From the human T2T-CHM13v2.0 reference genome, Homo sapiens: DNA of 64,000 bases. Each line of letters begins with the position of its first letter. Position 1 is the stretch's first letter. Location of the stretch: assembly GCF_009914755.1 (NCBI RefSeq), contig NC_060931.1; one strand, given 5' to 3'. A program made the translations under genes and the position numbers. Below the pieces are notes generated by a model, which was not told where the DNA came from, ran no database searches, and worked only from the letters and a program-made list of their open reading frames with translations. This document shows positions 1 through 15,000 of the stretch, piece by piece.

Positions 1-3000
1 GACACCATAACCTCAGGCCTCGTGGAGGCATCTACACCCACCCACAGCAGCACTGGCTCGCTACACACAACACTGACCCCTGCCAGCTCCACAAGCGCTG
101 GCCTTCAGGAAGAATCTACCACTTTCCAGAGCTGGCCAAGCTCAAGTGACACAACACCTTCACCTCCCGGCACCACAGCAGCCCCTGTTGAAGTATCCAC
201 AACCTACCACAGCCGCCCGAGCTCAACTCCAACAACACACTTTTCTGCCAGTTCCACAACCTTGGGCCGTAGTGAGGAATCAACAACAGTCCACAGCAGC
301 CCAGGTGCAACTGGAACAGCACTCTTCCCTACCCGCTCTGCAACCTCAGTTCTTGTTGGAGAACCTACAACGTCACCCATCAGTTCAGGCTCAACGGAAA
401 CAACAGCGTTACCTGGCAGTACCACAACAGCAGGCCTGAGTGAGAAATCTACCACCTTCTACAGTAGCCCCAGATCACCGGACACAACACTCTCACCTGC
501 CAGCACGACAAGCTCAGGCGTCAGTGAAGAATCCACCACCTCCCACAGCCGACCAGGCTCAACGCACACAACAGCATTCCCTGGCAGTACCACCATGCCA
601 GGCGTCAGTCAGGAATCTACAGCTTCCCACAGCAGCCCAGGCTCCACAGACACAACACTGTCCCCTGGCAGTACCACAGCATCATCCCTTGGTCCAGAAT
701 CTACTACCTTCCACAGCGGCCCAGGCTCCACTGAAACAACACTCTTACCTGACAACACCACAGCCTCAGGCCTCCTTGAAGCATCTACGCCCGTCCACAG
801 CAGCACTGGATCGCCACACACAACACTGTCCCCTGCCGGCTCTACAACCCGTCAGGGAGAATCTACCACCTTCCAGAGCTGGCCTAACTCGAAGGACACT
901 ACCCCTGCACCTCCTACTACCACATCAGCCTTTGTTGAGCTATCTACAACCTCCCACGGCAGCCCGAGCTCAACTCCAACAACCCACTTTTCTGCCAGCT
1001 CCACAACCTTGGGCCGTAGTGAGGAATCGACAACAGTCCACAGCAGCCCAGTTGCAACTGCAACAACACCCTCGCCTGCCCGCTCCACAACCTCAGGCCT
1101 CGTTGAAGAATCTACGACCTACCACAGCAGCCCGGGCTCAACTCAAACAATGCACTTCCCTGAAAGCGACACAACTTCAGGCCGTGGTGAAGAATCAACA
1201 ACTTCCCACAGCAGCACAACACACACAATATCTTCAGCTCCTAGCACCACATCTGCCCTTGTTGAAGAACCTACCAGCTACCACAGCAGCCCGGGCTCAA
1301 CTGCAACAACACACTTCCCTGACAGCTCCACAACCTCAGGCCGTAGTGAGGAATCAACAGCATCCCACAGCAGCCAAGACGCAACGGGAACAATAGTCCT
1401 ACCTGCCCGCTCCACAACCTCAGTTCTTCTTGGAGAATCTACGACCTCACCCATCAGTTCAGGCTCAATGGAAACGACAGCGTTACCCGGCAGTACCACA
1501 ACGCCAGGCCTCAGTGAGAAATCTACCACTTTCCACAGTAGCCCCAGATCACCAGCCACAACACTCTCACCTGCCAGCACGACAAGCTCAGGCGTCAGTG
1601 AAGAATCCACCACCTCCCACAGCCGACCAGGCTCAACGCACACAACAGCATTCCCTGACAGCACCACCACGCCAGGCCTCAGTCGGCATTCTACAACTTC
1701 CCACAGCAGCCCAGGCTCAACGGATACAACACTGTTACCTGCCAGCACCACCACCTCAGGCTCCAGTCAGGAATCAACAACTTCCCACAGCAGCTCAGGT
1801 TCAACTGACACAGCACTGTCCCCTGGCAGTACCACAGCCTTATCCTTTGGTCAAGAATCTACAACCTTCCACAGCAGCCCAGGCTCCACTCACACAACAC
1901 TCTTCCCTGACAGCACCACAAGCTCAGGCATCGTTGAAGCATCTACACGCGTCCACAGCAGCACTGGCTCACCACGCACAACACTGTCCCCTGCCAGCTC
2001 CACAAGCCCTGGACTTCAGGGAGAATCTACCGCCTTCCAGACCCACCCAGCCTCAACTCACACGACGCCTTCACCTCCTAGCACCGCAACAGCCCCTGTT
2101 GAAGAATCTACAACCTACCACCGCAGCCCAGGCTCGACTCCAACAACACACTTCCCTGCCAGCTCCACAACTTCGGGCCACAGTGAGAAATCAACAATAT
2201 TCCACAGCAGCCCAGATGCAAGTGGAACAACACCCTCATCTGCCCACTCCACAACCTCAGGTCGTGGAGAATCTACAACCTCACGCATCAGTCCAGGCTC
2301 AACTGAAATAACAACGTTACCTGGCAGTACCACAACACCAGGCCTCAGTGAGGCATCTACCACCTTCTACAGCAGCCCCAGATCACCAACCACAACACTC
2401 TCACCTGCCAGTATGACAAGCCTAGGCGTCGGTGAAGAATCCACCACCTCCCGTAGCCAACCAGGTTCTACTCACTCAACAGTGTCACCTGCCAGCACCA
2501 CCACGCCAGGCCTCAGTGAGGAATCTACCACCGTCTACAGCAGCAGCCCAGGCTCAACTGAAACCACAGTGTTCCCTCGCACCCCCACAACCTCAGTTCG
2601 TGGTGAAGAGCCTACAACCTTCCACAGCCGGCCAGCCTCAACTCACACAACACTGTTCACTGAGGACAGCACCACCTCGGGCCTCACTGAAGAATCTACA
2701 GCCTTCCCCGGCAGCCCAGCCTCCACCCAAACAGGGTTACCTGCCACACTCACAACCGCAGACCTCGGTGAGGAATCAACTACCTTTCCCAGCAGCTCAG
2801 GCTCAACTGGAACAACACTCTCACCTGCCCGCTCCACCACCTCTGGCCTCGTTGGAGAATCCACACCCTCACGCCTCAGTCCAAGCTCAACCGAAACAAC
2901 AACTTTACCCGGCAGTCCCACAACACCAAGCCTCAGTGAGAAATCAACCACCTTCTACACTAGCCCCAGATCACCAGATGCAACACTCTCACCTGCAACC

Positions 3001-6000
3001 ACAACAAGCTCAGGCGTCAGTGAAGAATCCAGCACATCCCACAGTCAACCAGGCTCAACGCACACAACAGCGTTCCCTGACAGCACCACCACCTCAGGCC
3101 TCAGTCAGGAACCTACAGCTTCCCACAGCAGCCAAGGCTCAACAGAGGCAACACTGTCCCCTGGCAGTACCACAGCCTCATCCCTTGGTCAACAATCTAC
3201 AACCTTCCACAGCAGCCCAGGCGACACTGAAACCACACTCTTACCTGACGACACCATAACCTCAGGCCTCGTGGAGGCATCTACACCCACCCACAGCAGC
3301 ACTGGCTCGCTACACACAACACTGACCCCTGCCAGCTCCACAAGCGCTGGCCTTCAGGAAGAATCTACCACTTTCCAGAGCTGGCCAAGCTCAAGTGACA
3401 CAACACCTTCACCTCCCGGCACCACAGCAGCCCCTGTTGAAGTATCCACAACCTACCACAGCCGCCCGAGCTCAACTCCAACAACACACTTTTCTGCCAG
3501 TTCCACAACCTTGGGCCGTAGTGAGGAATCAACAACAGTCCACAGCAGCCCAGGTGCAACTGGAACAGCACTCTTCCCTACCCGCTCTGCAACCTCAGTT
3601 CTTGTTGGAGAACCTACAACGTCACCCATCAGTTCAGGCTCAACGGAAACAACAGCGTTACCTGGCAGTACCACAACAGCAGGCCTGAGTGAGAAATCTA
3701 CCACCTTCTACAGTAGCCCCAGATCACCGGACACAACACTCTCACCTGCCAGCACGACAAGCTCAGGCGTCAGTGAAGAATCCACCACCTCCCACAGCCG
3801 ACCAGGCTCAACGCACACAACAGCATTCCCTGGCAGTACCACCATGCCAGGCGTCAGTCAGGAATCTACAGCTTCCCACAGCAGCCCAGGCTCCACAGAC
3901 ACAACACTGTCCCCTGGCAGTACCACAGCATCATCCCTTGGTCCAGAATCTACTACCTTCCACAGCGGCCCAGGCTCCACTGAAACAACACTCTTACCTG
4001 ACAACACCACAGCCTCAGGCCTCCTTGAAGCATCTACGCCCGTCCACAGCAGCACTGGATCGCCACACACAACACTGTCCCCTGCCGGCTCTACAACCCG
4101 TCAGGGAGAATCTACCACCTTCCAGAGCTGGCCTAACTCGAAGGACACTACCCCTGCACCTCCTACTACCACATCAGCCTTTGTTGAGCTATCTACAACC
4201 TCCCACGGCAGCCCGAGCTCAACTCCAACAACCCACTTTTCTGCCAGCTCCACAACCTTGGGCCGTAGTGAGGAATCGACAACAGTCCACAGCAGCCCAG
4301 TTGCAACTGCAACAACACCCTCGCCTGCCCGCTCCACAACCTCAGGCCTCGTTGAAGAATCTACGACCTACCACAGCAGCCCGGGCTCAACTCAAACAAT
4401 GCACTTCCCTGAAAGCGACACAACTTCAGGCCGTGGTGAAGAATCAACAACTTCCCACAGCAGCACAACACACACAATATCTTCAGCTCCTAGCACCACA
4501 TCTGCCCTTGTTGAAGAACCTACCAGCTACCACAGCAGCCCGGGCTCAACTGCAACAACACACTTCCCTGACAGCTCCACAACCTCAGGCCGTAGTGAGG
4601 AATCAACAGCATCCCACAGCAGCCAAGACGCAACGGGAACAATAGTCCTACCTGCCCGCTCCACAACCTCAGTTCTTCTTGGAGAATCTACGACCTCACC
4701 CATCAGTTCAGGCTCAATGGAAACGACAGCGTTACCCGGCAGTACCACAACGCCAGGCCTCAGTGAGAAATCTACCACTTTCCACAGTAGCCCCAGATCA
4801 CCAGCCACAACACTCTCACCTGCCAGCACGACAAGCTCAGGCGTCAGTGAAGAATCCACCACCTCCCACAGCCGACCAGGCTCAACGCACACAACAGCAT
4901 TCCCTGACAGCACCACCACGCCAGGCCTCAGTCGGCATTCTACAACTTCCCACAGCAGCCCAGGCTCAACGGATACAACACTGTTACCTGCCAGCACCAC
5001 CACCTCAGGCCCCAGTCAGGAATCAACAACTTCCCACAGCAGCCCAGGTTCAACTGACACAGCACTGTCCCCTGGCAGTACCACAGCCTTATCCTTTGGT
5101 CAAGAATCTACAACCTTCCACAGCAGCCCAGGCTCCACTCACACAACGCTCTTCCCTGACAGCACCACAAGCTCAGGCATCGTTGAAGCATCTACACGCG
5201 TCCACAGCAGCACTGGCTCACCACGCACAACACTGTCCCCTGCCAGCTCCACAAGCCCTGGACTTCAGGGAGAATCTACCGCCTTCCAGACCCACCCAGC
5301 CTCAACTCACACGACGCCTTCACCTCCTAGCACCGCAACAGCCCCTGTTGAAGAATCTACAACCTACCACCGCAGCCCAGGCTCGACTCCAACAACACAC
5401 TTCCCTGCCAGCTCCACAACTTCGGGCCACAGTGAGAAATCAACAATATTCCACAGCAGCCCAGATGCAAGTGGAACAACACCCTCATCTGCCCACTCCA
5501 CAACCTCAGGTCGTGGAGAATCTACAACCTCACGCATCAGTCCAGGCTCAACTGAAATAACAACGTTACCTGGCAGTACCACAACACCAGGCCTCAGTGA
5601 GGCATCTACCACCTTCTACAGCAGCCCCAGATCACCAACCACAACACTCTCACCTGCCAGTATGACAAGCCTAGGCGTCGGTGAAGAATCCACCACCTCC
5701 CGTAGCCAACCAGGTTCTACTCACTCAACAGTGTCACCTGCCAGCACCACCACGCCAGGCCTCAGTGAGGAATCTACCACCGTCTACAGCAGCAGCCCAG
5801 GCTCAACTGAAACCACAGTGTTCCCTCGCACCCCCACAACCTCAGTTCGTGGTGAAGAGCCTACAACCTTCCACAGCCGGCCAGCCTCAACTCACACAAC
5901 ACTGTTCACTGAGGACAGCACCACCTCGGGCCTCACTGAAGAATCTACAGCCTTCCCCGGCAGCCCAGCCTCCACCCAAACAGGGTTACCTGCCACACTC

Positions 6001-9000
6001 ACAACCGCAGACCTCGGTGAGGAATCAACTACCTTTCCCAGCAGCTCAGGCTCAACTGGAACAACACTCTCACCTGCCCGCTCCACCACCTCTGGCCTCG
6101 TTGGAGAATCCACACCCTCACGCCTCAGTCCAAGCTCAACCGAAACAACAACTTTACCCGGCAGTCCCACAACACCAAGCCTCAGTGAGAAATCAACCAC
6201 CTTCTACACTAGCCCCAGATCACCAGATGCAACACTCTCACCTGCAACCACAACAAGCTCAGGCGTCAGTGAAGAATCCAGCACATCCCACAGTCAACCA
6301 GGCTCAACGCACACAACAGCGTTCCCTGACAGCACCACCACCTCAGGCCTCAGTCAGGAACCTACAGCTTCCCACAGCAGCCAAGGCTCAACAGAGGCAA
6401 CACTGTCCCCTGGCAGTACCACAGCCTCATCCCTTGGTCAACAATCTACAACCTTCCACAGCAGCCCAGGCGACACTGAAACCACACTCTTACCTGACGA
6501 CACCATAACCTCAGGCCTCGTGGAGGCATCTACACCCACCCACAGCAGCACTGGCTCGCTACACACAACACTGACCCCTGCCAGCTCCACAAGCGCTGGC
6601 CTTCAGGAAGAATCTACCACTTTCCAGAGCTGGCCAAGCTCAAGTGACACAACACCTTCACCTCCCGGCACCACAGCAGCCCCTGTTGAAGTATCCACAA
6701 CCTACCACAGCCGCCCGAGCTCAACTCCAACAACACACTTTTCTGCCAGTTCCACAACCTTGGGCCGTAGTGAGGAATCAACAACAGTCCACAGCAGCCC
6801 AGGTGCAACTGGAACAGCACTCTTCCCTACCCGCTCTGCAACCTCAGTTCTTGTTGGAGAACCTACAACGTCACCCATCAGTTCAGGCTCAACGGAAACA
6901 ACAGCGTTACCTGGCAGTACCACAACAGCAGGCCTGAGTGAGAAATCTACCACCTTCTACAGTAGCCCCAGATCACCGGACACAACACTCTCACCTGCCA
7001 GCACGACAAGCTCAGGCGTCAGTGAAGAATCCACCACCTCCCACAGCCGACCAGGCTCAACGCACACAACAGCATTCCCTGGCAGTACCACCATGCCAGG
7101 CGTCAGTCAGGAATCTACAGCTTCCCACAGCAGCCCAGGCTCCACAGACACAACACTGTCCCCTGGCAGTACCACAGCATCATCCCTTGGTCCAGAATCT
7201 ACTACCTTCCACAGCGGCCCAGGCTCCACTGAAACAACACTCTTACCTGACAACACCACAGCCTCAGGCCTCCTTGAAGCATCTACGCCCGTCCACAGCA
7301 GCACTGGATCGCCACACACAACACTGTCCCCTGCCGGCTCTACAACCCGTCAGGGAGAATCTACCACCTTCCAGAGCTGGCCTAACTCGAAGGACACTAC
7401 CCCTGCACCTCCTACTACCACATCAGCCTTTGTTGAGCTATCTACAACCTCCCACGGCAGCCCGAGCTCAACTCCAACAACCCACTTTTCTGCCAGCTCC
7501 ACAACCTTGGGCCGTAGTGAGGAATCGACAACAGTCCACAGCAGCCCAGTTGCAACTGCAACAACACCCTCGCCTGCCCGCTCCACAACCTCAGGCCTCG
7601 TTGAAGAATCTACGACCTACCACAGCAGCCCGGGCTCAACTCAAACAATGCACTTCCCTGAAAGCGACACAACTTCAGGCCGTGGTGAAGAATCAACAAC
7701 TTCCCACAGCAGCACAACACACACAATATCTTCAGCTCCTAGCACCACATCTGCCCTTGTTGAAGAACCTACCAGCTACCACAGCAGCCCGGGCTCAACT
7801 GCAACAACACACTTCCCTGACAGCTCCACAACCTCAGGCCGTAGTGAGGAATCAACAGCATCCCACAGCAGCCAAGACGCAACGGGAACAATAGTCCTAC
7901 CTGCCCGCTCCACAACCTCAGTTCTTCTTGGAGAATCTACGACCTCACCCATCAGTTCAGGCTCAATGGAAACGACAGCGTTACCCGGCAGTACCACAAC
8001 GCCAGGCCTCAGTGAGAAATCTACCACTTTCCACAGTAGCCCCAGATCACCAGCCACAACACTCTCACCTGCCAGCACGACAAGCTCAGGCGTCAGTGAA
8101 GAATCCACCACCTCCCACAGCCGACCAGGCTCAACGCACACAACAGCATTCCCTGACAGCACCACCACGCCAGGCCTCAGTCGGCATTCTACAACTTCCC
8201 ACAGCAGCCCAGGCTCAACGGATACAACACTGTTACCTGCCAGCACCACCACCTCAGGCCCCAGTCAGGAATCAACAACTTCCCACAGCAGCCCAGGTTC
8301 AACTGACACAGCACTGTCCCCTGGCAGTACCACAGCCTTATCCTTTGGTCAAGAATCTACAACCTTCCACAGCAGCCCAGGCTCCACTCACACAACGCTC
8401 TTCCCTGACAGCACCACAAGCTCAGGCATCGTTGAAGCATCTACACGCGTCCACAGCAGCACTGGCTCACCACGCACAACACTGTCCCCTGCCAGCTCCA
8501 CAAGCCCTGGACTTCAGGGAGAATCTACCGCCTTCCAGACCCACCCAGCCTCAACTCACACGACGCCTTCACCTCCTAGCACCGCAACAGCCCCTGTTGA
8601 AGAATCTACAACCTACCACCGCAGCCCAGGCTCGACTCCAACAACACACTTCCCTGCCAGCTCCACAACTTCGGGCCACAGTGAGAAATCAACAATATTC
8701 CACAGCAGCCCAGATGCAAGTGGAACAACACCCTCATCTGCCCACTCCACAACCTCAGGTCGTGGAGAATCTACAACCTCACGCATCAGTCCAGGCTCAA
8801 CTGAAATAACAACGTTACCTGGCAGTACCACAACACCAGGCCTCAGTGAGGCATCTACCACCTTCTACAGCAGCCCCAGATCACCAACCACAACACTCTC
8901 ACCTGCCAGTATGACAAGCCTAGGCGTCGGTGAAGAATCCACCACCTCCCGTAGCCAACCAGGTTCTACTCACTCAACAGTGTCACCTGCCAGCACCACC

Positions 9001-12000
9001 ACGCCAGGCCTCAGTGAGGAATCTACCACCGTCTACAGCAGCAGCCCAGGCTCAACTGAAACCACAGTGTTCCCTCGCAGCACCACAACCTCAGTTCGTG
9101 GTGAAGAGCCTACAACCTTCCACAGCCGGCCAGCCTCAACTCACACAACACTGTTCACTGAGGACAGCACCACCTCGGGCCTCACTGAAGAATCTACAGC
9201 CTTCCCCGGCAGCCCAGCCTCCACCCAAACAGGGTTACCTGCCACACTCACAACCGCAGACCTCGGTGAGGAATCAACTACCTTTCCCAGCAGCTCAGGC
9301 TCAACTGGAACAACACTCTCACCTGCCCGCTCCACCACCTCTGGCCTCGTTGGAGAATCCACACCCTCACGCCTCAGTCCAAGCTCAACCGAAACAACAA
9401 CTTTACCCGGCAGTCCCACAACACCAAGCCTCAGTGAGAAATCAACCACCTTCTACACTAGCCCCAGATCACCAGATGCAACACTCTCACCTGCAACCAC
9501 AACAAGCTCAGGCGTCAGTGAAGAATCCAGCACATCCCACAGTCAACCAGGCTCAACGCACACAACAGCGTTCCCTGACAGCACCACCACCTCAGGCCTC
9601 AGTCAGGAACCTACAGCTTCCCACAGCAGCCAAGGCTCAACAGAGGCAACACTGTCCCCTGGCAGTACCACAGCCTCATCCCTTGGTCAACAATCTACAA
9701 CCTTCCACAGCAGCCCAGGCGACACTGAAACCACACTCTTACCTGACGACACCATAACCTCAGGCCTCGTGGAGGCATCTACACCCACCCACAGCAGCAC
9801 TGGCTCGCTACACACAACACTGACCCCTGCCAGCTCCACAAGCGCTGGCCTTCAGGAAGAATCTACCACTTTCCAGAGCTGGCCAAGCTCAAGTGACACA
9901 ACACCTTCACCTCCCGGCACCACAGCAGCCCCTGTTGAAGTATCCACAACCTACCACAGCCGCCCGAGCTCAACTCCAACAACACACTTTTCTGCCAGTT
10001 CCACAACCTTGGGCCGTAGTGAGGAATCAACAACAGTCCACAGCAGCCCAGGTGCAACTGGAACAGCACTCTTCCCTACCCGCTCTGCAACCTCAGTTCT
10101 TGTTGGAGAACCTACAACGTCACCCATCAGTTCAGGCTCAACGGAAACAACAGCGTTACCTGGCAGTACCACAACAGCAGGCCTGAGTGAGAAATCTACC
10201 ACCTTCTACAGTAGCCCCAGATCACCGGACACAACACTCTCACCTGCCAGCACGACAAGCTCAGGCGTCAGTGAAGAATCCACCACCTCCCACAGCCGAC
10301 CAGGCTCAACGCACACAACAGCATTCCCTGGCAGTACCACCATGCCAGGCGTCAGTCAGGAATCTACAGCTTCCCACAGCAGCCCAGGCTCCACAGACAC
10401 AACACTGTCCCCTGGCAGTACCACAGCATCATCCCTTGGTCCAGAATCTACTACCTTCCACAGCGGCCCAGGCTCCACTGAAACAACACTCTTACCTGAC
10501 AACACCACAGCCTCAGGCCTCCTTGAAGCATCTACGCCCGTCCACAGCAGCACTGGATCGCCACACACAACACTGTCCCCTGCCGGCTCTACAACCCGTC
10601 AGGGAGAATCTACCACCTTCCAGAGCTGGCCTAACTCGAAGGACACTACCCCTGCACCTCCTACTACCACATCAGCCTTTGTTGAGCTATCTACAACCTC
10701 CCACGGCAGCCCGAGCTCAACTCCAACAACCCACTTTTCTGCCAGCTCCACAACCTTGGGCCGTAGTGAGGAATCGACAACAGTCCACAGCAGCCCAGTT
10801 GCAACTGCAACAACACCCTCGCCTGCCCGCTCCACAACCTCAGGCCTCGTTGAAGAATCTACGACCTACCACAGCAGCCCGGGCTCAACTCAAACAATGC
10901 ACTTCCCTGAAAGCGACACAACTTCAGGCCGTGGTGAAGAATCAACAACTTCCCACAGCAGCACAACACACACAATATCTTCAGCTCCTAGCACCACATC
11001 TGCCCTTGTTGAAGAACCTACCAGCTACCACAGCAGCCCGGGCTCAACTGCAACAACACACTTCCCTGACAGCTCCACAACCTCAGGCCGTAGTGAGGAA
11101 TCAACAGCATCCCACAGCAGCCAAGACGCAACGGGAACAATAGTCCTACCTGCCCGCTCCACAACCTCAGTTCTTCTTGGAGAATCTACGACCTCACCCA
11201 TCAGTTCAGGCTCAATGGAAACGACAGCGTTACCCGGCAGTACCACAACGCCAGGCCTCAGTGAGAAATCTACCACTTTCCACAGTAGCCCCAGATCACC
11301 AGCCACAACACTCTCACCTGCCAGCACGACAAGCTCAGGCGTCAGTGAAGAATCCACCACCTCCCACAGCCGACCAGGCTCAACGCACACAACAGCATTC
11401 CCTGACAGCACCACCACGCCAGGCCTCAGTCGGCATTCTACAACTTCCCACAGCAGCCCAGGCTCAACGGATACAACACTGTTACCTGCCAGCACCACCA
11501 CCTCAGGCCCCAGTCAGGAATCAACAACTTCCCACAGCAGCCCAGGTTCAACTGACACAGCACTGTCCCCTGGCAGTACCACAGCCTTATCCTTTGGTCA
11601 AGAATCTACAACCTTCCACAGCAGCCCAGGCTCCACTCACACAACGCTCTTCCCTGACAGCACCACAAGCTCAGGCATCGTTGAAGCATCTACACGCGTC
11701 CACAGCAGCACTGGCTCACCACGCACAACACTGTCCCCTGCCAGCTCCACAAGCCCTGGACTTCAGGGAGAATCTACCGCCTTCCAGACCCACCCAGCCT
11801 CAACTCACACGACGCCTTCACCTCCTAGCACCGCAACAGCCCCTGTTGAAGAATCTACAACCTACCACCGCAGCCCAGGCTCGACTCCAACAACACACTT
11901 CCCTGCCAGCTCCACAACTTCGGGCCACAGTGAGAAATCAACAATATTCCACAGCAGCCCAGATGCAAGTGGAACAACACCCTCATCTGCCCACTCCACA

Positions 12001-15000
12001 ACCTCAGGTCGTGGAGAATCTACAACCTCACGCATCAGTCCAGGCTCAACTGAAATAACAACGTTACCTGGCAGTACCACAACACCAGGCCTCAGTGAGG
12101 CATCTACCACCTTCTACAGCAGCCCCAGATCACCAACCACAACACTCTCACCTGCCAGTATGACAAGCCTAGGCGTCGGTGAAGAATCCACCACCTCCCG
12201 TAGCCAACCAGGTTCTACTCACTCAACAGTGTCACCTGCCAGCACCACCACGCCAGGCCTCAGTGAGGAATCTACCACCGTCTACAGCAGCAGCCCAGGC
12301 TCAACTGAAACCACAGTGTTCCCTCGCAGCACCACAACCTCAGTTCGTGGTGAAGAGCCTACAACCTTCCACAGCCGGCCAGCCTCAACTCACACAACAC
12401 TGTTCACTGAGGACAGCACCACCTCGGGCCTCACTGAAGAATCTACAGCCTTCCCCGGCAGCCCAGCCTCCACCCAAACAGGGTTACCTGCCACACTCAC
12501 AACCGCAGACCTCGGTGAGGAATCAACTACCTTTCCCAGCAGCTCAGGCTCAACTGGAACAACACTCTCACCTGCCCGCTCCACCACCTCTGGCCTCGTT
12601 GGAGAATCCACACCCTCACGCCTCAGTCCAAGCTCAACCGAAACAACAACTTTACCCGGCAGTCCCACAACACCAAGCCTCAGTGAGAAATCAACCACCT
12701 TCTACACTAGCCCCAGATCACCAGATGCAACACTCTCACCTGCAACCACAACAAGCTCAGGCGTCAGTGAAGAATCCAGCACATCCCACAGTCAACCAGG
12801 CTCAACGCACACAACAGCGTTCCCTGACAGCACCACCACCTCAGGCCTCAGTCAGGAACCTACAGCTTCCCACAGCAGCCAAGGCTCAACAGAGGCAACA
12901 CTGTCCCCTGGCAGTACCACAGCCTCATCCCTTGGTCAACAATCTACAACCTTCCACAGCAGCCCAGGCGACACTGAAACCACACTCTTACCTGACGACA
13001 CCATAACCTCAGGCCTCGTGGAGGCATCTACACCCACCCACAGCAGCACTGGCTCGCTACACACAACACTGACCCCTGCCAGCTCCACAAGCGCTGGCCT
13101 TCAGGAAGAATCTACCACTTTCCAGAGCTGGCCAAGCTCAAGTGACACAACACCTTCACCTCCCGGCACCACAGCAGCCCCTGTTGAAGTATCCACAACC
13201 TACCACAGCCGCCCGAGCTCAACTCCAACAACACACTTTTCTGCCAGTTCCACAACCTTGGGCCGTAGTGAGGAATCAACAACAGTCCACAGCAGCCCAG
13301 GTGCAACTGGAACAGCACTCTTCCCTACCCGCTCTGCAACCTCAGTTCTTGTTGGAGAACCTACAACGTCACCCATCAGTTCAGGCTCAACGGAAACAAC
13401 AGCGTTACCTGGCAGTACCACAACAGCAGGCCTGAGTGAGAAATCTACCACCTTCTACAGTAGCCCCAGATCACCGGACACAACACTCTCACCTGCCAGC
13501 ACGACAAGCTCAGGCGTCAGTGAGGAATCCACCACCTCCCACAGCCGACCAGGCTCAACGCACACAACAGCATTCCCTGGCAGTACCACCATGCCAGGCG
13601 TCAGTCAGGAATCTACAGCTTCCCACAGCAGCCCAGGCTCCACAGACACAACACTGTCCCCTGGCAGTACCACAGCATCATCCCTTGGTCCAGAATCTAC
13701 TACCTTCCACAGCGGCCCAGGCTCCACTGAAACAACACTCTTACCTGACAACACCACAGCCTCAGGCCTCCTTGAAGCATCTACGCCCGTCCACAGCAGC
13801 ACTGGATCGCCACACACAACACTGTCCCCTGCCGGCTCTACAACCCGTCAGGGAGAATCTACCACCTTCCAGAGCTGGCCTAACTCGAAGGACACTACCC
13901 CTGCACCTCCTACTACCACATCAGCCTTTGTTGAGCTATCTACAACCTCCCACGGCAGCCCGAGCTCAACTCCAACAACCCACTTTTCTGCCAGCTCCAC
14001 AACCTTGGGCCGTAGTGAGGAATCGACAACAGTCCACAGCAGCCCAGTTGCAACTGCAACAACACCCTCGCCTGCCCGCTCCACAACCTCAGGCCTCGTT
14101 GAAGAATCTACGACCTACCACAGCAGCCCGGGCTCAACTCAAACAATGCACTTCCCTGAAAGCGACACAACTTCAGGCCGTGGTGAAGAATCAACAACTT
14201 CCCACAGCAGCACAACACACACAATATCTTCAGCTCCTAGCACCACATCTGCCCTTGTTGAAGAACCTACCAGCTACCACAGCAGCCCGGGCTCAACTGC
14301 AACAACACACTTCCCTGACAGCTCCACAACCTCAGGCCGTAGTGACGAATCAACAGCATCCCACAGCAGCCAAGACGCAACGGGAACAATAGTCCTACCT
14401 GCCCGCTCCACAACCTCAGTTCTTCTTGGAGAATCTACGACCTCACCCATCAGTTCAGGCTCAATGGAAACGACAGCGTTACCCGGCAGTACCACAACGC
14501 CAGGCCTCAGTGAGAAATCTACCACTTTCCACAGTAGCCCCAGATCACCAGCCACAACACTCTCACCTGCCAGCACGACAAGCTCAGGCGTCAGTGAAGA
14601 ATCCACCACCTCCCACAGCCGACCAGGCTCAACGCACACAACAGCATTCCCTGACAGCACCACCACGCCAGGCCTCAGTCGGCATTCTACAACTTCCCAC
14701 AGCAGCCCAGGCTCAACGGATACAACACTGTTACCTGCCAGCACCACCACCTCAGGCCCCAGTCAGGAATCAACAACTTCCCACAGCAGCCCAGGTTCAA
14801 CTGACACAGCACTGTCCCCTGGCAGTACCACAGCCTTATCCTTTGGTCAAGAATCTACAACCTTCCACAGCAGCCCAGGCTCCACTCACACAACACTCTT
14901 CCCTGACAGCACCACAAGCTCAGGCATCGTTGAAGCATCTACACGCGTCCACAGCAGCACTGGCTCACCACGCACAACACTGTCCCCTGCCAGCTCCACA

